A stretch of 63,963 nucleotides of DNA, filler included, from 7 parts of 7 records of this genome joined end to end with filler, not necessarily neighbours in it, one strand, 5' to 3'. Counted from the first letter of the whole stretch, positions 10,734 through 20,359 are shown. Notes: a model not told the origin generated them from the sequence alone. A program made the numbers and translations.

Positions 10734-13700
10734 ATGACTCCATTCAGAATTCTGATAGTCTTTGTTGTCGTTTCTATCCTTGGGTTGGCAGTGATCCCTA
10801 TGCTTTCTGTGGATCTGAATCCCAGAGCGCGATCACCAATTTTATCAGTGCGGTTTAGCATTCCTAATGCATCTCCTGAAATTGTAGAGAAGCTGGCTAC
10901 ATCTCCCTTGGAAGGTGCTTTCTCGAGATTAACTGAGCTGAAGGAAATCAATTCAAGTTCCAATTACAACAGTGGCTCCATTACGCTGACTTTCGACAAG
11001 AAGGCTGATATGGAGATGAAGAAGTTTGAGATCTCCAGCATGATCCGGCAGATTTACCCACAGATGGATCAGCGTGTTGGTTATCCTTCGGTGTCACAAT
11101 CTTCTCAGACTAGTTCTCAGGAGAAGTCCCCGATTTTGACCTATAGTGTGAATGGACCATTTGCTTCTTTTGAAATCAAGAAAATAGCGGAGGATATCCT
11201 CAAGCCTGCCCTTACGCGCTACGAGGAGGTGGAGCTAGTGGAAGTGCTGGGAGCAAATAACTTACAGCTTTTTGTTACCTACGATATCCAGAAGATGCAA
11301 TCTTTTGGGGTCACCAGAAATCAGTTGGCCAATAGCATTCAGAGTGCATTTGGGTTGACATTTCCGGGTGCAGTGATGAATAATGAGGGTCAGACGCTCT
11401 TCGTACAAGTAGACCGCTCACTTCAGGACAAGGATCAGCTGGAAAATTTGGTCATCAGCGAAACTGGCGGAAAAGAAGTCCGACTTCGTGATGTGGCAAG
11501 CATGACCTTAGAAGAAGCTGAGGCGACCAGGTACTACAGGATCAATGGGAATAATTCGGTGACACTTACCGTGTACAACCGCGATGGAGTGAATAAAGTC
11601 CTACTAGCTCAACAGCTGAAATTGGCAATTGAGGACGCTGGGAAATCACTTCCAGCTGGGTTTGAGGTACGATTGGAAAACGACGATACGGAATACTTAG
11701 AGAAGGAACTGAATAAAATCTATAAGCGATCTGGACTCTCGATCCTGATTTTGGTGGTTTTCATTTTTCTTATCAATAGAAACATCAAATACCTGAGTAT
11801 TCTCTTTTTAGGGATTTTGGCAAATTTGAGCCTTTGTGCGATTGTACTTTATTTCCTGAAAGTAGATATCCACATGTACTCCTTGGCAGGATTGACGATT
11901 AGTTTTGGGTTGATCGTGGATAATGCGATCATCATGATTGATCACTTGCACAAGCACAAAAACCGTCGGGTGTTTCTTGCGCTTTTGGCAGCTTCCATGA
12001 CCACCATTGCTGCATTGATGATTGTCTTTTTCTTGCCAGAGGAAGACCGCAAAAACCTTACGGAATTTTCCATTGTAGTTTCGGTTATGTTGGGTATTTC
12101 GCTTTTGATAGCCTTGGTATTTACGCCGGCCTTCTATCAGGTGATGTTCAAGGAGTCTGTGAAGCAAGGCCGCAAATTGACGCTTCCCAAGTTGCGGAAG
12201 CGTGTTAAGTATTTGAGGAATTACGAAAGAAGTATAGCTTGGACGGCAAAATACAGAAAGACATTTATCATCTTCCTTATTTTGCTTTTTGGAACCCCAA
12301 TATTTTTCCTCCCTGCCAAATGGGATGAGCATGAGTGGTACAACAAGACCGTGGGTAATACCTTCTATCAGGAGGAAATCCGTCCTTACGTAGACAAAGC
12401 ACTGGGAGGATCCATGCGGATGTTTGTGCGGGGAGTGTATGAGAAAAGTGGCTATCGTGAGGCTGCAAAGACGAAGCTATACGTTTACTGTCGCCTTCCT
12501 TTTGGTAATACACTCGAGCAGATGGACTTTATTATGCGAGAGTTCGAATCTTTCCTGGATGATGTGCAAGGCATAGATCAATTCGTTACCTCAGTGTATA
12601 GTGGCCAGCAGGGGAGTATAGAAATCACGTTTAAAGAAGCCTATGAAAATGGTGCTTTGCCTTATCAGCTAAAGGGGAAACTATCGGTAAAATCAACTGA
12701 TTGGTCTGGAGCTCAGTGGAATATCTATGGTGTGGGGCAAGGGTTCTATACCGGAGGTTCCAGTGATCAGATTCCTAGCTATCGAGTGAAAATGAAGGGC
12801 TACAATTTTGATGAATTGGAGCGGCAAGCCAATGTTTTGGCAGAAAAGCTTTTGCTTCACAAGAGAATCCAAGAAGTAAAAACAAACGAGCGGGCTGGCT
12901 ACGGAGAGCAAAAAACGGAGGAATATGTACTTCGTTTGGATCAGAATCGAATGGCGCTGGGACAGACGAACCAGTACGAGGTTTTGACTGCGTTGCAGGA
13001 CATGTCAAAGCCCGAGAGAACGTCGACTTTTCTGACACTGGAGGAGAAAAATTACGGTTTGATGATTAGAGAACGTAATGCTGCCGACTTCAGTAAGTTT
13101 GACATGGAGCAGAAAGGACTGATCGGAGGTGAAAATAAAATCTACAAAGTCTCCGATTATGGTACGTTAACCAAAGAAACGACTACCAATTCACTTCATA
13201 AAGAAAACAGGCAATACATCCGAATTGTAGCTTTCGAATACATGGGTTCGAGGAAGTTTGGGGATGAATATTTGGATGAAGTGCTCGACGAAATGAAGAT
13301 GACTATGCCGATCGGGTATGAGGCGAAGAAGGATTCCTATAGCTGGAATTATGATCAGCAAAAGCGTCAATATGGCTTATTGGGCTTGCTCATTATTGGG
13401 ATTTTTATGATTTGCTCGGTATTGTTTGAAAACCTCAAGCAGCCAGTTTACATCATTGCGATTATTCCAATCAGTTTCATTGGGCTATTTCTGATTTTTT
13501 CTCTCTTTGATTTTTACTTCGATCAGGGCGGTTATGCTGCCTTTGTGATGCTGGGAGGCTTGGCTGTGAATGCCGGGATTTTTATTGTCAATGACTTGAA
13601 TAATAGAAGTCAAGGATTATACAATCGAAATGTTTTGAAATCTGTAGCCGGAAAAGCTATTCCAATTTTGCTCACAATTCTTTCAACTTGTTTTGGTTTG

Positions 13701-13931
13701 ATTCCATTTATTATAGAAGGGCAAAATGAGATTTTCTGGTTCTCGTTAGCTATAGGAACTATCGGAGGATTGATTTTCAGTATGGTGGGGGTGTTCTGGG
13801 TGTTGCCGGTGTTGTTGTGGAAAAAAAACATCATAGAAAAGATGGCTCCCGCCAAGGCGCAGAGGCGCAAGGGGTTTTTCAGAGTTTTCTCGCGGCGACG
13901 CGGCGGCGCAGCGGAGTTGGGAAACAGTTGA
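10734..13931 (+). CDS. RND efflux permease subunit 2
   Basis: SPEIVEKLATSPLE, GLIVDNAII, PILLTILST; atypical basic C-terminal extension. Confidence 0.9.
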   Translation: MTPFRILIVFVVVSILGLAVIPMLSVDLNPRARSPILSVRFSIPNASPEIVEKLATSPLEGAFSRLTELKEINSSSNYNSGSITLTFDKKADMEMKKFEISSMIRQIYPQMDQRVGYPSVSQSSQTSSQEKSPILTYSVNGPFASFEIKKIAEDILKPALTRYEEVELVEVLGANNLQLFVTYDIQKMQSFGVTRNQLANSIQSAFGLTFPGAVMNNEGQTLFVQVDRSLQDKDQLENLVISETGGKEVRLRDVASMTLEEAEATRYYRINGNNSVTLTVYNRDGVNKVLLAQQLKLAIEDAGKSLPAGFEVRLENDDTEYLEKELNKIYKRSGLSILILVVFIFLINRNIKYLSILFLGILANLSLCAIVLYFLKVDIHMYSLAGLTISFGLIVDNAIIMIDHLHKHKNRRVFLALLAASMTTIAALMIVFFLPEEDRKNLTEFSIVVSVMLGISLLIALVFTPAFYQVMFKESVKQGRKLTLPKLRKRVKYLRNYERSIAWTAKYRKTFIIFLILLFGTPIFFLPAKWDEHEWYNKTVGNTFYQEEIRPYVDKALGGSMRMFVRGVYEKSGYREAAKTKLYVYCRLPFGNTLEQMDFIMREFESFLDDVQGIDQFVTSVYSGQQGSIEITFKEAYENGALPYQLKGKLSVKSTDWSGAQWNIYGVGQGFYTGGSSDQIPSYRVKMKGYNFDELERQANVLAEKLLLHKRIQEVKTNERAGYGEQKTEEYVLRLDQNRMALGQTNQYEVLTALQDMSKPERTSTFLTLEEKNYGLMIRERNAADFSKFDMEQKGLIGGENKIYKVSDYGTLTKETTTNSLHKENRQYIRIVAFEYMGSRKFGDEYLDEVLDEMKMTMPIGYEAKKDSYSWNYDQQKRQYGLLGLLIIGIFMICSVLFENLKQPVYIIAIIPISFIGLFLIFSLFDFYFDQGGYAAFVMLGGLAVNAGIFIVNDLNNRSQGLYNRNVLKSVAGKAIPILLTILSTCFGLIPFIIEGQNEIFWFSLAIGTIGGLIFSMVGVFWVLPVLLWKKNIIEKMAPAKAQRRKGFFRVFSRRRGGAAELGNS
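13850..13914 (+). repeat. Two triplets of GC-rich octamers (CGCNNNGG-like)
   Basis: CGCCAAGG CGCAGAGG CGCAAGGG (13850-13873) and CGCGGCGA CGCGGCGG CGCAGCGG (13891-13914) in AT-rich DNA. Confidence 0.7.
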
Positions 13932-13996
13932 GGTGTCACCCAAAGCAAACTACCCTTAGCGGGAAGTTGAAGGGTTTTTCATATTTACAAAGATTG

Positions 13997-15148
13997 TTAA
14001 ACAGAAATCATTTGGATGAAATGTGTAATCCCCACCACCTGAATGTTTTTTGCCATCGGGTAATTTTCTTCCCGCGGAATTACCACGTGTAATTTTTCGA
14101 TCCCCAAATCTTCCATTGCTAGATAGGTGCCTTTGGTGAGCTTGGGGCTAAGGCTGAATTTGATTTCTGCGGCTGCAAGCCATTGGTTATTACGCCTGAT
14201 CAAGAGGTCAATTTCTGAACCGTCTTGCGTGCGATAGAAGTACATTTCGTCATCGGATTTTAGAACTATCGCAACTTGATTAATGACAAATGCTTCCCAT
14301 GAACTGCCTAAAACAACATTTCCAAAGATGCTATCCATATTCTTGATCCCTAGCAGATAGTGTAGCATTCCCGTATCGCGAAAATATAGTTTGGGGGATT
14401 TGACAAGGCGCTTCTTTGTATTGATTGACCAAGAGGGTAACTCTCTCAAGAGAAATGCATCTAGCAGAAAGCTAAGGTAAGTTTTGATCGTGGGCGCGGT
14501 CAATCCTAATGATTTGGCAAAAGCCGCATAGCTGAGCACCCCTCCATGTACAGAGGCAATCATCATCAAAAATTGCCTTGTTACCCTTGGATCTGCGGGT
14601 AATCCATACTGAGGTAAGTCTCGCTGAATGTAACTTGTGGTGAAGCTGCGGTACCAATCTTGGACGAAGTCCGAATCATGTGACAAGGCAGGCTCAGGAA
14701 ACCCTCCATAAATCCAGAGATCTTGGCTCGTTATTTTTTCATTAGTTTCCAAAATAGAAAACGGCATCATTTCCAGGTAGTTGATCCGTCCGGCCAAACT
14801 TTCAGAACTTTGACGAAGCAGAGAAGGAGATGCAGAACCAAGTATAATAAATCGTCCCGGCTTTCTAGTTTCATCTATGAGAGCTCTCAGTAAAGGGAAA
14901 ATAGCAGGCTGATGTTGGATTTCATCTAGGATGATGGTTTTGTTTTGATTTTGGGAGAAGAATAATTCAGGATCATTCAGTTTATTTAGATCAGAGTTTT
15001 TTTCTAAATCCAGATAAATAGTATTTGTGTTAAGCAATAGCTGTTTAGCTAGGGTGGTTTTACCTACCTGCCTAGGCCCAACTATTCCAGTCACAGGAAA
15101 CTGTGATATAGATTTTAAGAATGGTTTCTCGATTAGCCTGTGAATCAT
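13997..15148 (-). CDS. AAA_14 ATPase with DUF4143 (HTH + PD-(D/E)xK-like) C-terminus
   Basis: GPRQVGKTT, ILDEIQ, ESLAGR, GGFPE, KSPKLYFRDTG, EIDLL...EIK. Confidence 0.9.
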   Translation of the reverse strand: MIHRLIEKPFLKSISQFPVTGIVGPRQVGKTTLAKQLLLNTNTIYLDLEKNSDLNKLNDPELFFSQNQNKTIILDEIQHQPAIFPLLRALIDETRKPGRFIILGSASPSLLRQSSESLAGRINYLEMMPFSILETNEKITSQDLWIYGGFPEPALSHDSDFVQDWYRSFTTSYIQRDLPQYGLPADPRVTRQFLMMIASVHGGVLSYAAFAKSLGLTAPTIKTYLSFLLDAFLLRELPSWSINTKKRLVKSPKLYFRDTGMLHYLLGIKNMDSIFGNVVLGSSWEAFVINQVAIVLKSDDEMYFYRTQDGSEIDLLIRRNNQWLAAAEIKFSLSPKLTKGTYLAMEDLGIEKLHVVIPREENYPMAKNIQVVGITHFIQMISV

Positions 15149-15191
15149 CCCTGCAAATCTAAAAATTATTTTTAGATTTGCAGGGATGATT
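15143..15191. promoter_or_regulatory. 49-bp palindrome (24-bp perfect arms, 1-nt centre) covering the ATPase start codon
   Basis: AATCATCCCTGCAAATCTAAAAAT-T-ATTTTTAGATTTGCAGGGATGATT; regulatory role inferred. Confidence 0.65.
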
Positions 15192-15263
15192 TCATTTATA
15201 TTAGATCCTTTGTCCTATAATTCCCACCTTTCCCGACTAACTTTAAAATCAAAACTCTTTACT

Positions 15264-16448
15264 ATGACTAAATCTCTTCTTTTGAGCCTTACCACACTTT
15301 TTGCAACTGTACTTTTTTCCTGTTCTGAAAAAGAAACCATTTCAAACCCAGCTAACCCAGCTCAAGTGCTACAGTTTGAAGTAGTAGACTCTATTATGGT
15401 GGATGCGCTGGAAATGTTAGCAGTTTTAGATTATTTGCCTTCCAAGGATTTGTATCTGATGAAGGAACTTCGAAAAGGTAATATTTTCTTGGTGAATGGC
15501 GAAGGGAAGATTATTGACAATCGTGATATAGCCGGTGAAGGCCCCGATCAGATTCAAATGGTGGCTGAAGGCCGATTTTATGGTGAGGAGGGGTATCTCT
15601 TTAAAGAATTTTCCGGAACCATGGATTTCAGTTTGTACAATTTGGATTTCAAAAAGATCAAGAAATTTGATGGCACCCTAGTGGAATTGAATTCCCTATC
15701 CATATATAATTATAAGCAGTCATTTTCTGTTTTTGAAGAAGAGGGAAAATCATTTATAGTAGGTGAGGAGCCTAATTCCTTTTCCAAAGCAGCAATTGAT
15801 CATGAGAAGATTGGAGCGGATTTTTATAACCAAGCGAACGCTGGTTTTATTTATGATCTGGATGAGGATTCAATAACTTATGTAAATACCTATCCTGAGG
15901 ATTGGGAATCTAAGAAAACCCATAAATGGGTTGGTGAGAGTTATCCATTCTTAAGCTACAATCCCAAAACAAAAAAGGTGGCTTCATTGCCAGTTAAAGG
16001 AAATCAAATGGGCTTGTATAGGTTGGATGGTTACGAATTGATATATGAAACTGGAGTAGAGTTAAGTCATCCAGATAGGGAGGGACATGTAGCAGATACA
16101 GAAAAAGAAGCGATGATTTATCCAAGTTTCGCTGATATCAAAGCTTTTGGTGATTATCAATTAGTGCAGTTCTATACAGCTATGCCTGAGGATATATATA
16201 ATGGCTTTAGAGCCAAAGGAGAGAATTTCCAGTCAGATCCTGAATATAGAGATGCAATGATCAAGTATAGAAAACTGCGAAATATAATCGTGAAAGGAGA
16301 TCGTCAAATAGGAATCCTGAATGAGTTCCCAGTGGCAGGGTCGGTAAATCTTGGTCTGCCAGATGGTACGCTAATCATCAAAGCTGCCGACGGAGAAGTG
16401 GAGCGGGATTATAACCTGTTTTATAAAGTGAGGTTGGTGGAGGATTGA
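15264..16448 (+). CDS. Hypothetical lipoprotein, probable beta-propeller
   Basis: Signal peptide with lipobox LFSC; GEGPDQ turn motif; beta-rich; start placed at ATG 15264. Confidence 0.7.
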   Translation: MTKSLLLSLTTLFATVLFSCSEKETISNPANPAQVLQFEVVDSIMVDALEMLAVLDYLPSKDLYLMKELRKGNIFLVNGEGKIIDNRDIAGEGPDQIQMVAEGRFYGEEGYLFKEFSGTMDFSLYNLDFKKIKKFDGTLVELNSLSIYNYKQSFSVFEEEGKSFIVGEEPNSFSKAAIDHEKIGADFYNQANAGFIYDLDEDSITYVNTYPEDWESKKTHKWVGESYPFLSYNPKTKKVASLPVKGNQMGLYRLDGYELIYETGVELSHPDREGHVADTEKEAMIYPSFADIKAFGDYQLVQFYTAMPEDIYNGFRAKGENFQSDPEYRDAMIKYRKLRNIIVKGDRQIGILNEFPVAGSVNLGLPDGTLIIKAADGEVERDYNLFYKVRLVED

Positions 16449-16471
16449 AAAGCCTAATGGTAATATTGATA

Positions 16472-17167
16472 TCACCTAAACGCATCATACACCACTATCC
16501 CTACCGAAGCTGTAATCAATTGAAGCGGACTATTCCGGGGGTTGTATTCAAATTCTCCATCGCCCTTGTCAGGCAAGTAATTAGTATCTCCTTTGGTTAA
16601 AAAGCGCATGGTTCCTCCGTCTTGGTAGTTGATTCTTAGCTCCAATTTTCCTCCATCGATTCCGGGCAGGGGAAACTGTATTCCTCCGCCGACCTTGTAT
16701 GCAAAAGCCCAATCCTGCATGTCTTTGCCTGCTTCCACTACATCTTCAAAAATAGTAGGTCGTATTTTGAATCTCGAATAGAGGTAATTGGCACCTACCT
16801 GTATTTCCACAAAAGGAGTAAGCTTGCTAGTCATCGAAGGAAGGTATCTAAAGACCGCCATGCCCGAGGTGTAATTATTATTTCTTCTGATCCGAAAATC
16901 TTCCACAAAACCAGGGTAGAGGTCATTTCTAACTTCCATTTTCGTCCCATAGATTCCGTAGCTTACTTCCAATCCAGCCTGAATAGGTTGAGCATAGAAT
17001 TCATACAGTAGTATTCCGGATAGGGTTGGGAAAAATGTTTTGTCCACTTCTTGCTTCAACTTCGACACAGGTATGCCACCTTTGAAGTGTCCTCCGGCTA
17101 TGAAAAACTGCGCTTTTAGACTTGTCGCGATGCCTAGAAAAAGAAGAAGGAGTATAGATTTCCGCAT
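16472..17167 (-). CDS. Hypothetical outer-membrane beta-barrel protein
   Basis: Signal peptide ending KAQ, alternating aromatic/Gly strands (TPFVEIQVGANY, FAYKVGGGIQF). Confidence 0.65.
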   Translation of the reverse strand: MRKSILLLLFLGIATSLKAQFFIAGGHFKGGIPVSKLKQEVDKTFFPTLSGILLYEFYAQPIQAGLEVSYGIYGTKMEVRNDLYPGFVEDFRIRRNNNYTSGMAVFRYLPSMTSKLTPFVEIQVGANYLYSRFKIRPTIFEDVVEAGKDMQDWAFAYKVGGGIQFPLPGIDGGKLELRINYQDGGTMRFLTKGDTNYLPDKGDGEFEYNPRNSPLQLITASVGIVVYDAFR

Positions 17168-17271
17168 AAACTTACAGTTAGTTATGTAAATCCGCAATCG
17201 CACCAGTAAAGGCCTAAAAGCGACTTCTAATATGGTAAAAGTTGGCATTTAGGCCACTTCGGTCATCGGTC

Positions 17272-17289
17272 TCCCGATAACTATCGGGA
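17272..17289. repeat. Short Bacteroidota-type palindromic element
   Basis: TCCCGATA-AC-TATCGGGA, 8-bp perfect arms, intergenic. Confidence 0.6.
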
Positions 17290-17483
17290 CGTCCTGTATA
17301 GCAAAGAAACTATTGCTACTGGCATCATTGCGGACAATCATAATAGTTAGCTATGCATACGGAACAAATAGGTGGGTTTGTTTAGCGAATTCCAAAAAAG
17401 TAAAGAAGAAGCCATTTATGTATACTCATCTGTTGCTTTAGCGGACTTTAGTATCTTGATGATGTCAAACCTAAAATTAACCC

Positions 17484-18644
17484 ATGAGCACCTCAGATTC
17501 CCGAAGGAATTTCCTTAAAAAATCCGCTTTGCTTGGTACAGGTCTTAGCTTAGCTGGCAGTACTTCACTTCAGGCTTTTGCCGAAATTGCCAAATCCAAA
17601 AACAAACTACCCGCCTGGAAAGGCTTTAACCTATTGGACTTTTTCTCAGATCATCCAGATCGCGGTAGGCCCACCAAACCAGAATACGTGAAATGGATCG
17701 CCGATTGGGGATTTGATTTTGCCAGAATTCCTATTTCCTATCCAAGCTACCTGGATATAGATCGCTCCCGTCCGATTCGTCCAGACGAGGTATTGAATTT
17801 TGACGAAAGTCGATTGGATAAAGTGGACGAACTAGTCGAGCGCTGTATTTCTCAGGGTTTGCATGTAAGCTTGAATCTGCATCGTGCACCTGGTTTTTGC
17901 ATCAACGCAGGCTTTGTAGAACCCTATAATCTCTGGAAAGATCAGGAAGCAAAAGATGCATTCTGTGCGCACTGGGAAATGTGGGCAAAGCGATACAAAG
18001 GAATCTCCAAGAAGAAATTAAGCTTTGATCTGGTCAACGAGCCTTATCAGCGTGAAGATCCCAATGATCAGCACAGTCCGGGGGGACCAGTAGATGTAGT
18101 GGATTATCATCGCGTCGCCAAAGCTGCTTTGGACACCATCAAATCAGTGAAAAAGTCTCGATTAGTGATAGCGGATGGAAATGGTGGGGGAGGTACGGCA
18201 ATGCCAGAATTTGCGGATTTGGTGCTGGCGCAAAGTTGCCGAGGGTATCACCCATTCCCGATTTCACATTATAAAGCAGGTTGGGTGTATAAAGATCCTT
18301 CAACTGTTCCTCCGGTAGATTGGCCATTGACGCAAGGGGAAAGGACGCTTGGCATTGAAGAAATCAGACGGTATTATGCGCCTTGGAAAGCGTTAGTTGA
18401 TCAGGGAATTGGTGTGCATTGCGGAGAATGCGGCTGCTATAATGAAACTCCCCATGAGGTATTTCTGAGTTGGTTTGGGGACGTGCTGACAGTTTTAAAA
18501 GAAAATGGAATTGGGTTTGGGATTTGGGAATTTTCAGGAGCTTTTGGAGTAATGAATTCCGGAAGAAAAGACGTGGAATATGAAGACTGGTACGGTGAGA
18601 AACTTGATCGGAAGTTTTTGGAATTACTAAGAGCTCAGATTTGA
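17484..18644 (+). CDS. Glycoside hydrolase family 5 with Tat-like signal
   Basis: SRRNFLK, WGFDFARIP, LNLH, FDLVNEP acid/base, CGECG nucleophile. Confidence 0.9.
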   Translation: MSTSDSRRNFLKKSALLGTGLSLAGSTSLQAFAEIAKSKNKLPAWKGFNLLDFFSDHPDRGRPTKPEYVKWIADWGFDFARIPISYPSYLDIDRSRPIRPDEVLNFDESRLDKVDELVERCISQGLHVSLNLHRAPGFCINAGFVEPYNLWKDQEAKDAFCAHWEMWAKRYKGISKKKLSFDLVNEPYQREDPNDQHSPGGPVDVVDYHRVAKAALDTIKSVKKSRLVIADGNGGGGTAMPEFADLVLAQSCRGYHPFPISHYKAGWVYKDPSTVPPVDWPLTQGERTLGIEEIRRYYAPWKALVDQGIGVHCGECGCYNETPHEVFLSWFGDVLTVLKENGIGFGIWEFSGAFGVMNSGRKDVEYEDWYGEKLDRKFLELLRAQI

Positions 18645-18669
18645 AAAAGTCATAGAGTAAGTAAAAAAG

Positions 18670-18693
18670 GTCAGGGATTTCGAAATCCCTGAC
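18670..18693. repeat. 24-bp perfect palindrome at contig end (REP-like or terminator)
   Basis: GTCAGGGATTTCGAAATCCCTGAC is its own reverse complement. Confidence 0.65.
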
Positions 18694-18793
18694 NNNNNNN
18701 NNNNNNNNNNNNNNNNNNNNNNNNNNNNNNNNNNNNNTTAATTAATTAANNNNNNNNNNNNNNNNNNNNNNNNNNNNNNNNNNNNNNNNNNNN
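18694..18793. other. Artificial contig spacer
   Basis: N44-TTAATTAATTAA-N44, stops in six frames. Confidence 0.99.
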
Positions 18794-19309
18794 CAATCCG
18801 AAACCGTGGTGGCGGAAATGTCCGACCTGTTCTTGTTGCTGCTTGCCCCTGCGGGTGGCGATGAATTGCAGGGCGTTAAGCGCGGTATCATGGAAATGGC
18901 GGATCTTATTCTGGTGAATAAGGCGGATGGCGATCTAAAGCCTGCTGCGATGCGCACCTGTGCGGACTATTCCGGCGCATTGCGTCTGCTACGCAAGCGG
19001 CCACAGGATCCGGATGGCTACCCTAAGGCGATGATGGTCTCGGCCTTGCAGGAAGATGGTCTGTCGGTGGCGTGGGATGAGATGCAGGCGCTGACCAAGT
19101 GGCGCCGAGGCAATGGGTTTTGGGAGTCGGGACGCGCCAATCAGGCCAGATACTGGTTTGACCAAGAGGTGCGTCAGGCCTTGTTGGCGAAATTGAACAC
19201 GCCCGAGGCGCGTGCTGCGATGGATCAACTGGGCGCGGATGTGGCGCAAGGTGATATTGGACCGGCGGCGGCGGCGCAAAAGATGTTGGAACGGTTGAAC
19301 ACCGTCTAA
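18794..19309 (+). CDS. meaB: Methylmalonyl-CoA mutase-associated GTPase MeaB (5' truncated)
   Basis: QSE...PAGGDELQGVKRGIMEMAD, VNKADG. Confidence 0.92.
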   Translation, partial: QSETVVAEMSDLFLLLLAPAGGDELQGVKRGIMEMADLILVNKADGDLKPAAMRTCADYSGALRLLRKRPQDPDGYPKAMMVSALQEDGLSVAWDEMQALTKWRRGNGFWESGRANQARYWFDQEVRQALLAKLNTPEARAAMDQLGADVAQGDIGPAAAAQKMLERLNTV

Positions 19310-19429
19310 GTGGCGAATCTCTTTTGGGGTTTTGCGCTATGAGTGAGGGATCAGTGGGGCGCTGGGGGTGGCAGGTTGGACAAAATGCGCTTACGCACAG
19401 GGAAAGACAAAGATTCCGTGACACTTGTC

Positions 19430-19550
19430 TTGACCATCCCGGCGATTCCTCCTACTAGCATCCAACCAGTTTTCGGGTGTCGCCTTTGGCCGCACCCAGA
19501 GTGATTTGGCACCGGGCTGCCCGTTGCCACCAGATACGAAGGATGAACCC
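19430..19550 (+). promoter_or_regulatory. Putative rpmB promoter and structured leader
   Basis: TTGACC...TACTAG promoter-like boxes, then hairpins GGGTG...CACCC and TGGCA-CCGGGC/GCCCGT-TGCCA before the RBS. Confidence 0.4.
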
Positions 19551-19838
19551 ATGTCGCGCCGTTGCGAACTGACCGGAAAAGGCCCGATGACTGGCAACAA
19601 TGTCAGCCATGCTAAAAACAGAACCCGTCGTCGGTTTCTGCCCAACCTGAATGACGTTACCCTGCAGTCCGAAGCACTGGGCCGTGGCGTCAAGCTGAAG
19701 ATTTCTGCCGCTGCTCTGCGCTCTGTTGATCACCGTGGTGGTCTGGACGCGTTCTTGGCAAAAGCCAAAGACGAAGAGCTGTCCACAGGCGCTTTGAAAG
19801 TGAAAAAAGAGATCGCTAAGGCGCAAGCCGCAGCCTGA
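19551..19838 (+). CDS. rpmB: 50S ribosomal protein L28
   Basis: [40 protein letters not shown]. Confidence 0.97.
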   Translation: MSRRCELTGKGPMTGNNVSHAKNRTRRRFLPNLNDVTLQSEALGRGVKLKISAAALRSVDHRGGLDAFLAKAKDEELSTGALKVKKEIAKAQAAA

Positions 19839-19861
19839 TCTGGTTTCACAACCTGAATTTT

Positions 19862-19895
19862 AACGGCCCTGCATCGTGAGATGCGGGGCTGTTTT
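19862..19895 (+). terminator. Intrinsic terminator after rpmB
   Basis: AACGGCCCTGCATC-GTGA-GATGCGGGGCTGTTTT. Confidence 0.75.
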
Positions 19896-20008
19896 CGTTT
19901 GGAGGCGCCGGTGAAGAGATGCGTATTTCCGGGGGTGGCGCGGCGATCCGCAGCAGGGCGGGCTTTGCCCTTGAAGACGTGAAAAAACGGGATCATACCA
20001 ATCCTGAA

Positions 20009-20359
20009 ATGAAGGCTGTTGTGCGCATATATCTGGCGGTGACGCTGTCGCTGGTTCTGGTTCTGACCGGACAGGGCCTGGCGCAAAGCCGTGGTGTGAC
20101 CATGGCGCAGGGGCAGATGGAGATCTGCACCGGCACTGGTCCGGTGATGGTCTATGTGGATGTCGAAGGGCAACCAACCCAGGCGCCACATTACTGTCCT
20201 GATTTTGCGCTGACGTTGCTGAGCGCCCTTGGGGTCCCGGATATTATGGCTCCGCACGCGCCTGCTGGTGTGCCGTTGCACGGGGCCAAAGGCCGCGCGC
20301 AAGTTGCCACCGCCGTGATGCTGCGTGCCACGGCACGGGCGCCACCTGCTCTGATCTGA
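20009..20359 (+). CDS. DUF2946 / CruR-CutF-like copper-responsive leader protein
   Basis: N-terminal hydrophobic signal, EICTG, HYCPDF, C-terminal RAPP; directly upstream of a Cu chaperone. Confidence 0.78.
   Translation: MKAVVRIYLAVTLSLVLVLTGQGLAQSRGVTMAQGQMEICTGTGPVMVYVDVEGQPTQAPHYCPDFALTLLSALGVPDIMAPHAPAGVPLHGAKGRAQVATAVMLRATARAPPALI

Noticed and set aside
15186..15263. N-terminal extension of the lipoprotein ORF
   Set aside because: ATG 15186 is the mirror arm of the palindrome; the signal peptide begins at 15264.
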